Shown piece by piece: positions 50,501 to 60,700 of a stretch of DNA of 64,000 nucleotides. Under the pieces are notes generated by a model. It did no database searches. It was given only the letters and a program-made list of their open reading frames with translations, and was not told where the DNA came from. Location: contig CDRNST010000370.1 in the NCBI GenBank assembly GCA_977016875.1, positions 62,001 through 126,000 of the forward strand, given 5' to 3'. The DNA is from Pavona decussata. Its lineage: Eukaryota. Position 1 is the first letter of the stretch. Every line of letters starts with the position of its first letter. Both the position numbers and the translations under genes were made by a program.

Positions 50501-51009
50501 TCAGTTAGCGACACAGGCATGTTAGGTAAAGAAAATCCGAGTTCTCCAAACAGGGTTTGAACCTATGACCTTCCGATTACTAGCCCAGATATCAATGCTC
50601 TACTACTGAGCTAAACTAGGTTCATGTCACATATATTCTGCATATTGCTAGGATTTAAATTTCAATTAGTGGTTAAAGCTTGAACATAACATCTCATCTC
50701 AACATATTTTCTGTTGTTCTTTTCCCTCAGGGTTTGTTCATGTTCATTCTTCACGTTCTGAGAAATAGCGACGTGCGCGCAGAATTTGACCGCAAAAAAC
50801 AAAAGTGGAAAACATCGAGGAACCTTGCGTCTCCTCGCCCAACTCAACAACATCCAAGCGAAATTAAAACGTGGACAAACAAAGAGACAAAAAGCGACAC
50901 ATACGAGTTGGACCAGACACCAAAAGAAGCCACTTACCAGCCAAGAAGTGCTTACGACAATCCATTTGTTTTGCATAAGCAGAAAGACATGATTCCTGTA
51001 GACATGTGA
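29518..51009 (+). CDS. Gene B: adhesion GPCR paralog with two C-type-lectin-like domains; stalk exon interrupted by an LTR-like insertion (disrupted allele, or rescued by splicing)
   Basis: Exons: 29518-29584, 33890-34064, 35960-36132, 37099-37276, 38599-38777, 39378-39636+40624-40714 (split by the insertion), 41546-41608, 41841-42012, 43172-43300, 43661-43736, 44682-44793, 44915-44967, 45592-45718, 46065-46171, 47185-47287, 48029-48179, 48660-48744, 49209-49275, 49983-50192, 50731-51009(TGA). GAIN and 7TM exon sizes (172,129,76,112,53,127,107,103,151,85,67,210) match gene A exactly. Total is 2856 nt without the insertion. Confidence 0.88.
29635..29885 (+). pseudogene. Decayed tandem duplicate of the gene B first exon and its upstream sequence
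   Basis: Second copy of the ~243-bp unit 29392-29634. It keeps ...[10 protein letters not shown]|gtgagt, but the start ATG is lost and there is an in-frame TGA (AAC CGT TGA). Confidence 0.75.
31050..31830 (-). mobile_element. Decayed Crypton-type tyrosine recombinase
   Basis: Frameshifted minus-strand peptides [53 protein letters not shown] (HxxR box) and [10 protein letters not shown] (His/Tyr box). Confidence 0.75.
32656..33076. mobile_element. Tc1/mariner-type MITE (421 bp)
   Basis: TIR CAGTAAAAACCCGCATATAAGAACCTA with TA on both sides, and internal AGGTTCTTAT subrepeats. Confidence 0.88.
33890..36132 (+). other. Gene B C-type-lectin-like module 1 (exons 33890-34064, 35960-36132)
   Basis: [11 protein letters not shown]...SYWTGLS...FYW...WFCFLV...ERC...PYICEK. 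Confidence 0.8.
34500..35020 (-). mobile_element. LINE ORF1-like remnant (CR1/L2 type)
   Basis: Minus strand reads [13 protein letters not shown]...IHRL..KPII.QF...[15 protein letters not shown]. Confidence 0.65.
36320..36386. repeat. (CATA)n microsatellite
   Basis: Read directly from the sequence, ~16-17 units. Confidence 0.97.
37099..38777 (+). other. Gene B C-type-lectin-like module 2 (exons 37099-37276, 38599-38777)
   Basis: [12 protein letters not shown]...RYWTGLS...FCW...WYCYAV...RKC...KYICQQ. Confidence 0.8.
37965..38153. repeat. Long hairpin (fold-back) element in a gene B intron; element probably extends to ~38315
   Basis: AACAAATCGACGGCAGTTTTCTATGGTCTATACTCTTATAGACCATAAAATGACG is matched by its reverse complement. 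Confidence 0.85.
39637..40619 (-). mobile_element. Solo-LTR-like insertion (983 bp) in a coding exon of gene B
   Basis: Termini TGTGACGA...TCGTAACA and a 4-bp TSD CGAT (39633-39636, 40620-40623). Removing it restores the frame and the homology to the gene A stalk end. Orientation is inferred from a minus-strand TATAA (~39925) upstream of a minus-strand AATAAA (~39865). Confidence 0.85.
41090..41400 (-). mobile_element. LINE (L2/CR1-group) reverse transcriptase C-terminal fragment
   Basis: [43 protein letters not shown]. Confidence 0.7.
45592..45718 (+). other. Gene B GPS autoproteolysis exon and Stachel TNFAVLM
   Basis: [34 protein letters not shown]. Confidence 0.93.
50517..50655 (-). mobile_element. 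tRNA-derived SINE, degraded
   Basis: Similar to 17701-17850 (GAACCTATGACC..GATTACTAG..ATGCTCTAC.ACTGAGCTA). Confidence 0.55.
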
Positions 51010-51126
51010 TTGTCACGAGATAGAATTGTAGATGAAATGCACTGTTATGGTTTCTGAAAGTTGTAGCGGTCGAAAAAAAAAGTCAATTTCAGATTAGTTT
51101 ATAACTTGTTATTACACTTATTACAC

Positions 51127-51207
<81 letters not shown>
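51127..51207. repeat. (TTA)n microsatellite just after the gene B stop; (TTTA)n follows at ~51287-51360
   Basis: Read directly from the sequence. Confidence 0.95.
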
Positions 51208-51208
<1 letters not shown>

Positions 51209-51284
51209 ACAAGAAACACTAGTTTCCCGTTCCTAACACGGATTTACTGTTTTGTTAATGATCGAAATGATACAAAACTTTCGC

Positions 51285-51339
<55 letters not shown>

Positions 51340-54300
51340 TTCATTTATTTGTTTGTTTATGGTCTACGTCCTATTGAAGTATAAAATTTTGGAAAAAAAA
51401 ACGAAAAGGTTAGGCTTTTCTAAAAAAAACACTTAGCACACGGCTACGGCGTCTCTATTTTGAAAACACAGAAAGACGGTAGTAGGTATCCCACGAAAAC
51501 ACGACGGCAACGGCAACGTGGACGTCAGAAAACAATGTTTAATGAACAAAAACAACCGCTCTGCACTTGCGTTGAAAAATATTAGTACATTTCTTTGACA
51601 TTCTGTGCAAGTGACCAAATTCAAAGTTTTCACGAAATGTGAACAGACGAACTGAATTCCTCTTTCTCTTTATAGATTTGAACGTCGTTGGAATTTAACA
51701 GTAGATCGGATAACGTAATATTATTATTTCCAAGTGAAATTCTCGTTGGCGTTGCCGTCAGGGCTTTAGTAAGTTCCCTAATCTCAGCTTCAGAACGTCA
51801 AAGCAGACGATTAATCGCTTTTTGTAGTTTTATAGACTGCACAAAGCCGTAACATCATTTCACATAACCTGTTCGAAGTTCAAGAAGGGACTGGAATCTA
51901 GTATGGCCCCAGAAACAGAGAGCTGAGCAAAGATCGAGCTCTTAAGATCTTTATTCGTTTACCCTTTTCGTTCATTGTGAAACTGGGTCATTTTGTCATG
52001 TTGTATTGATGGAAAAACAAGTTTTGGTAGTTTGAAGGCAAAGCCAGAAGTTCCATTCATAACAAGGCTAGCTGTTTCAAGTTCCTTACCATTCATTCAT
52101 TGTCTAATTTTATCCCTGGAAACAAGGCTTATTTTCCCTTCTTGTTATCTCCACGGGGAAATATTCATAAAATGTATCGTCGTTATAAAGGCCCATTCCT
52201 CCAGCCGACTCAACCACATAAGGAAGACTGGAACTGCCGCTTACGTTAACGGAAACATATCTCATTTTGCTGTCGGATTGATTCACATATGTCGTTATGA
52301 GCCTTGTTTCGGATAATGGGTTACATTCAACGAACCGTTGCGAATCATCATCTTGTACCATACATATAACAAGAGCATTTTCCATTTCTTGTCTGAATAT
52401 AAATTTCGCTTAGTTAAAAGGAGCCTGTGGCTACAATAAGAAACTTCATTAACTTAAGACACAACTTCTGTTTAAGTACATTTAACTTTGTAAATCATAG
52501 ACAGGTTTACGTAAGCAGGTAATTAAAGTAAGTACAAACAGTTAGGTTACCTTATGGCTGACATAGAATTATCCAAAACATTTTAAAATTAATTAAGAGA
52601 CATAAAGACATAAAACGCGAACTATTGTGCTAGAATTACTTTGTAGGTTTATTTATTTAGGTTAGTAAAGTTAATAGGGAATGAACTCATAATTTAGGAG
52701 TATTTAAAAAACTTGTTGTAAACAAAGACATATAATCATTGTTTCATTATTTCTTATTAAGGTAGATATAATTAAATAAATTGAAGATAAATCAATTTCT
52801 GATAGACCCTATACGAAAATGGCATTCAAACCTCGTTCTTGATTTTAGAAATCAAAATTATATTAAAATGTCAGCCATTTCTCTATAAGGTCTATAATTG
52901 ATATATAAACATAGTTAATTAAAATGTTAAACGTAGAACATGTATATGGCAGTTTTTTGTTTGTTTGAATTTGTTGTTGTTGTTGTTGTTTGTTTATTTT
53001 TGTTTTGTTTTGTTTTGTTTTGTTGTTATTGTTGTTTTCTTTGCTTTTTTATGGTTTACAGCTGTAGAACAAACTATGCAAACGCAGAGTCCCTTAAAGT
53101 GCTCTGGATCCAGAGTATCCTCGTACCGACTGTCCACCATTTTATGGCCAGCGGTCAAATACTAGAAAAAACAAAAACCGTGCCAAGGCTCTTTGGCTAG
53201 CGGTTGGTCGCCTGACTGAGAGACTCTGAGGTATTGAAATTCTTTGACCGAATCAAACCCTGCGGCAAAAAATGTAAGGCAGACTCATAAACAAGGCAGG
53301 TTATCCAACATTTTTTCGATTTCCCGAAAGTCTCATCGGGCGACCAACGTTTGGCCAGAAACAATAGGTACGAGATCAGGAACGACTTCTGTTAGCTGTG
53401 GTTTCTCAGTTTTCCAAACTACTGGTCAGTCACGCAAATGCCTGATATCTCACGCTTTATAGAGGTTTAAAACATGCGCTACATCAGGTCAACTTGTCAC
53501 CAAAAACTAAACTCGATTACGAAACAACTTACGTGCACAACAATAAAACCAAACTTCAACTTTAAAAGCATATCGCAGAGCACACAGATCTGTACAAATT
53601 TACAATTACAGGATTTTTGTCTGTAGTTTTTTCCCAATGTATTATTCGATATTGTTCAACATGAAATCAACGATAAAGGAATAAATTGAATATTCTTGAC
53701 TCAAAACCGCAGAGATTACAGCTCGCTGATAGTGAAATTTACGGAAAGGCCAAACAATGCACCGGTCAGCAAATTTGAACACAACAATACTTGAATTAAA
53801 TTAAGTGACAGAAAAGCAACAGACTGACCTGTCCTTACAACGGGCTGTACAAAAATGCCGAATAAAAGACTACATTAAAATAAAATATATCTACGCCTTA
53901 AGAAATTATTAAAAAAAAAATTCAGGACTCAAACCCGCAGAATTTTATTTTGGTGCAAACTCAGCTGCTGATTTTCATTTTGAATTCCAATCACGTTTAG
54001 GCAAGAGGAAGTTCCCCCTTGGGGGGAAGTGGATGTACTTAAGGATAGGTTTGACTTTTTGCCGAAATTCAAAGTTATAAATTCAAATTAAAGCTTGTCA
54101 AAACCTTCTTGGGTAAAAAACGCGTAATACAAGTCGGAAAAGCGGCTATCGTCTTTCAACATGTCGAGTTGTAGGTTTTATTGCCAAACAGTATGGACAT
54201 CCTGAAACTTAATTGCAAGAACATTGTCATGCATGCAAATATGGTTTTCCTTTTTTAATAAAGAAAGGCAAATATGAAGGTTGGACAAACAGAAAATGAA

Positions 54301-54796
54301 AGACAGAAGAAAGATAATGAGGTTCCAAGGAATAACAATGAGTTGCGTAAGAATTATTTTATTCATTATTGTTTTTTTTTTTTATTTTTTTTTAATATTT
54401 AAAAACGAAGTTTAAAAGTTACAGCAATATGGATAGACACATTTCTGTGTTTAATTTATCGTGTTTTGACATTGACCTTTATAGTATGTATTCTGCCAGG
54501 CGATGGTTTCAAGTAAGTATCTTAATTTCAATTAGCATGTCGCTTGTAAAACTGTCAGTCAACATCGACAGTTTAAGGACTTCTCAATTTACATGGGAAT
54601 CACGTTTACGTTACCCAAACTGTGAGTGTTCTCGTTCGAGAAGCGACGAAACGCACGTAACAGAAGTCGTGCAGGTCAACAATGAGTAGGATCCGGAAAA
54701 CACCAGCCAAACGGAGGACTTCACATTATAATCCATAACACCAGCTCGACTTAAAACTAAAATTGTGTGGTTGTGAAATTGCGATTGCCATAAAGC

Positions 54797-57700
54797 ATGG
54801 AATTTGCTCACCTCAGCAAGTTGGCTAGTTATATTTTCGTAATGGAATTTGCGATCTTTATTCCAGGTGAGTTACGTTTCTTTTCTTTTTTTCTTTGTTG
54901 GAACATGGACAAATGTTGATCTGCACTCGGTGTTTTTCGATGACGGTAGTCATTTATCTTATCACGTTAGGAGCATGAATGTTTTTTTATTTTCTTTTTG
55001 AGAAAATAATTTGTTATCTGATCCTAATATCTGAAGATTTTCCATACCTGAATGTATGAAGTGAAACATATGAATTTGTATCGATTCTAACTAAGTATTA
55101 AATTCCCTATGGAGCGCTTCCAAAAGGGTATACACTCATATCAATAAACGCCTGTATGGAAACACGGAAAACCTGTCTACACCGAGCGCCCTGATAAATG
55201 TCTTATTCGTGCATCTATAAACTGCAACACCTGCTTAATTACCTCAGCCAAAAATGGTGTGTGATATTGCTTGATGGGAGTTAGATAGTTACCCTATAGA
55301 ATTAAGCACTGTAAGCAGAGATCGCTTTGATCTTCTTAGAAAAATCGGGAAGACGAAGGAACCTCTTTCCTTTACGGGATTTTTGTAGGTAAAATTGAAA
55401 AATCTCTGATCTCTAAATACCACATATATTTTGAAATCTTTTTAACACCTGCTTAATCACCTCGGGTGGAAATATTGTGTGATATTGCTGGGGAGAACTT
55501 AGATAGCTGTCCTACTATAAGTACTATGATAGATTGTTTTTCAAGCCGTCGATACGATTAAATATATGATTCGTTTACAGGCTTTTGCTTGATTTTAATC
55601 CCTGTTTCTGGGGGATATGAATTTATGTCAAGAGTTTAAAGAAAGACGCCGAAGTAGTCTTTTAGCTATTTGGTTTGCAAATGAGGACTGTCGTTTAATT
55701 CATTTGGCATCGTTGCTTTCGGCAGACAACAATAACAAAAACCTGAAGTGTTCGCTGAAACATTTAAGCTCATTTAAGACAAAGTCATTCTTGTCAATTC
55801 CATAGTTCTCACAGGCCTCTCGGTATGGGATTCACCTCTTCTGGCCGTCGAGACTAGGACCAAATATTGTGAGCAACGAAATTCTGAGAACGGTGCATTA
55901 TTCAGTCAGTAACAGAGGCATACTAAACAGAAATCTGAATTATGACATTAATACGGGCGGAATATTTCGAACAAGTGCAGTCACTTTCAGAGAGGTAAAC
56001 TATAGCGTAAGTAATGAATAATAACCTGCGCAAGTCTAAAACTTGAAGAAATTGTACGACAGAACTCTAGTGACAAAAAGTCATTGTTGGTACTGCTCTG
56101 CAGCAAAGGTAAGCTATAAAATTGGGGCTTAAACCTCTCACTTCACAAAAAAAGATCCAACAATGTTCAAAGTACGTGATATAATGGCCCTGTTCATCTT
56201 TCGCAAGGCGTCAATCTCTCGTGATCCATTATCATCATCATTATCGTAATCATTAGTATAGATCCTAGTAATTTTGACGTTAAGCAAGAAACAAAGGTTC
56301 AGGGCTCAAATGGTCGAACGCTACCCGTGTACGAGTAACACGCACAAAAGGATGAAAAATTACGTTCGATACTGAGAAATCACTTTCTCAAACTCACTCA
56401 TAGTTCATGAAGAGAAAACAAAGGAAATCACTACCGTGAAGGAGGTTTAGAAATGTGATCTTAGTTATCATAAAATTTTGTGAACTTTTGCTTCGAATTT
56501 TTCCAAGAATTATCAATAGTTTGAGAAGCTACATCAAACAGTCGAATGAGTGTTTCCTCCTATTTCCAAACACTTCGAAGTTGGTTAAAAAAAACTCGGC
56601 TGCGACTCGTTTTTCCAACCTACTTCTCTTATTTGACGTTTGACGTTTGACATTTGACGTTTGACATTTGACATTTGACATTTTATTGACATTTTCATAC
56701 AAGAAATGATCATAATGTTGTTTCAAAATGCTTTAGGATGTAGTTACGCGGAATGCCCGCAGGGCAGGCCGTGTCTAGGTTTCGGTCGGATATCTTTTTT
56801 TTTTTCTTCCTCGTAGTCAGAAATCGCCACATTAATTTATGCATTAAAATATGCCTTCCCCTGGTAGGGATGTATTGTTCTGATTGTCTTCAACAAAAGC
56901 AGGCCAATCAAAATCTATTATTCGGGCACATATCACGAGAGAGGGGACCCACTCATCCCTTTCTGTGTGACGTCAAATTATCATTTGATTTATTCATTAA
57001 ACCTTGATTAAATTCTGCCCTCTCCCGGAAGAGATTTATTGTACTGATTGTCTTGAACAAAAACAGCCCAATCGAAATCCATTATCGGTACATATATCAC
57101 GAGGGAGGGGACCCACTTATCTCTACCTGTGTGACGTCAAAGCAAGTCATCATTTCGAAAAGTTGTTTTTGTTCAATGGCGGCCACATGTATGAATTTAA
57201 GACTCTGATCTGCCGTTTTCAGAGAGAAAACAAACCTTTTTCAAGCAGTAAATCAAAATAATAACTTCTACGTAGTACTCGACAGTTGAAACGGTGGAAA
57301 TTGGGAGAGTTCACAGCAAAGAAACTCCGCTTTAAAAAACAGATCGAATAATCAACGCGAAGGATTAGAGCTAGAAGAGGCCAGACCAGTTCAACGGGGT
57401 CATGACGTTTTGCATAATTATTTCTGGTATGATTCTTAGTGACACAACGATAAGTATCGCGCAATATATCTGAATAAAACCATTCAGACAATTATTTCAA
57501 TTGCCAAGGGAGGATAGTTTTTAAATATCTGCGAAACATACAATGGGGAATAATTGGGGCTACATTAAGCATTCCGTGTAATGCTATTAGAGGGGCATCT
57601 TGTTTAGTTTAGTTTTGGTCTAGTTTTTATTTTCTCTCGAAGATACTAGCTGATCTTAGCTATTCAAAAATTCGACTGGAAATAAAGGTTTATGTGTGTA

Positions 57701-60700
57701 TGTAGGTAAAAAAACTAGCGTCATTGAGACTACGATATTTTTGATAACAAGGCTTGTTTTCCCCAGTTCCTGCAATTATCAGTAATTCTTGATCTATTTT
57801 GTGCTATACTTTAGGATTACAGGGGCGTGATTCTTCGAAGTACTATGTAACCTACTATACAAGCAATGATACATGTACCGGAAATCAATTAAAAAACAAA
57901 TGCAGAGAAAGAGTAGCACGAATTGACGACCAGAGTAAGCTTAATGCGGTAAAAAATGTCCTCAGAGACGGAGAGGAATACTGGACTGGACTATGGTGAG
58001 ATGGATCAATTGAATTCATAACGAATAGTCATAGTTTAAATTTTGCATATAGGATTTTGCTATATAGTGAGCTTATTCATTGTCAAAATTATTTTTAATA
58101 CCTCTCGGATTAATGCCGTTCAAGTTACTTCATATTGTATCATTTTATGACAATGATTAACCACGTTAATTTATATTATAATTAATATTAAGACACGCAA
58201 ACGGTGGTACCGTAGGCACTGTTTCATGCGTGCTAGCGGCACAACATTCATTATATAATTGCTATGCACTCTAGACGAGTGTTATTTCGTGAAACCAACT
58301 CATAAAGCTTCAATCAAGGTACAATGTAGGAATGAAAGAATCTCATTTGGCTGTTGACAATGATAACGTAGGCTCTGTGAACGATCTAGTTAATTGAGAA
58401 AATCCAGTTTCATATATTTCAGTCGAACCCTTATTAAGCGGTCAGCTATTTAGCCGCCACCCCTCTTAAGCGGCTAGTTATCAAATTCCAGAAACTATTA
58501 TTAGTGTAATACTGTAAATAAAACCCTTGTTGCATAACCACGTCTATTAACTGGTCACAGACCACCCTTTTGGCCATCCTGGTGAGGGTTCTCGTATTGC
58601 TTTTACCCCTATTAAACGACCACCAAGAATTTAATACAGGAAGTTTGGCCTTATTTTGTAAAAGCTGATCGTGCCAGATTTGAGTCCTGTAAACCAAAAT
58701 CATCATATAAATCAGGAAATTATCTAATTTTATTCTTGAAGCTCTAAGACATACTAAAAAAAAAAGAGAAAATTCAAGTGTGACTGGACTAACTCGCTCT
58801 TTTACTGATGTCCCAGTGTGCAACTTGTTCTCCAGCAAGGTGGATTTTGTACCACGTGACCGTTAGCTGCAAAGGGCCAATTGTGAAATTTTTAAGGGAT
58901 ATAGAATTCGCGCAACAACTGCAAGTAAAACTTTGAATTTTTGAATAAGAGGCTGTATGATGTGAACAATTAGTCCCAATCCTCCAAGTGAGTTGGTACT
59001 CAAGTAAATTGACGTTTCTACCACGTCTGCCACTTGGCATTTCCTCGAGGGTGGCCACTTTATAGGGGTTCGACTGTATTGTATCTTCTTCTATTATCTA
59101 TTTTTATTCGTTTTTCAAGTGTTTCTTAACATCCTCTTGATTTAGAAATAAGCAAAACAGATGCAAAACAAATGCGTTATGAGTACAAGCAAAAGCAGTT
59201 ATCAACTGTCCCACGACGGATAAATGAATTTCTTTTTTTTTTCTTTTTTTTTTTTTTTTCACTTTACAGGTGCATTAAAGCAGATGCGTTACCACATTGT
59301 TGCTGTTGCTGGTTCCAAAAAGGCAAAGAGTGCCAACCTCGTCCTCTTCTTTTAAGCATTCTTAGTTCTTCCAGTATTTTTGGAACAGCGTTAGCAGAGC
59401 TGAGGCAAGAGTTGATGTGTTTTGTGGTTATGAAGAATAAAACAACATTGCATGGAAAGCAATGTAAGGGCCCTGAAGAGCGTCGTTATATCTGCGAACA
59501 AGGTAAGACTGGGAAAAAAAAGAATATGATCATTTTGATATTATTGAGCGTGAAGTATCGCGTTTCATTTTTGGATGACCATGTTCAGGTACTAGCTGTG
59601 GCCAAAATCGCTCTTAAACCATTCAGTCATCTCATGTACTAATGCTAACGAAAGTATAACGTCCGGGGAACAACGAATAATTGGGCATGTTATAACTAAA
59701 AGTAAACAAGTCTAAAATATTAAAGGACAACTCAAAGGATGACATCTGTACTCTTTTCCGTCATAATGCATTTTATCTAATTAAGAGTGACCCCTAATTA
59801 TAAGCAATTTTTTTTGTGCCCTCTTCAATATTTAATCCTTGCTACTCAGCTATCAGTCATACCAGTTAGTGAAGACCCCAAGTCAATGCTAGAAACTGGT
59901 CGTGGAGAATGACTTATGCAATTGATGAACAAATTGAGTTAGGTGACATTTTTACACTCACCTTGACCAAAGACCATCTACAATTGTTTTCTAATAGATA
60001 CACCGAAGCCGCCAGAAACCACAACGTGGACACAACCAACTATGACCACATCTTCTCAAGTAACTACAACTACTGAAAAGGTATCAGTTGTTATTATTCA
60101 TTTAGCCATATGGTATACTTTCGTTCGATTTTTAAGACATAGCTACCTACTTCCTGTAGACTCATCGATGCCAAATCCACTTTTTTTAAAACATTCATGT
60201 GGGAGAGACCATGCTGACATACTGACATAAGTGAACATAAAGGAGATACCGCCCCCCCCCCCCCCCCCCCCTCACGGAAAATATCGGTAAGTTTAAGTTT
60301 AAAGGGGCAATGCCAACTATTTTAGCGTCACTTTCAATACGCTCGATTGCAAAAACGTTGTCACCTGAACAGCATAAACCATAAACGAGCAGACCCAAAG
60401 GCTTTGTGGGCAGTGTTTTTACAATAACTTCAAAAGGCCGTTGGGTCTCATGGATTATGGTTAATGCTTTTTAGGTGACAACGTTTTTGCAATCGAGTGT
60501 ATACAGAAAGTGTATTGGAGAAAATTTTAAAATAAGGTCCAGTTTTGTTTGTTCAAAAAGGAAATTTTCTTTTATAGTGCACAGGAGATAGTATTAATTA
60601 CCTTTAGCTGCGAATGGGTAGGATGGAAAGGGATTGCAACTTGACCGTTTCCTAGTTTTGGAGAAGCCATGCTTAATTTTACCCAATTATCTGAAAGTGC

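Noticed and set aside
52110-52385. 91-aa antisense ORF in the conserved downstream region as a hidden gene
   Set aside because: The homologous region after gene A (~24040-24210) has indels and a stop in this frame, so the conservation is not coding.
56632-57141. CRISPR-like array
   Set aside because: Eukaryotic context; these are simple tandem repeats without unique spacers.
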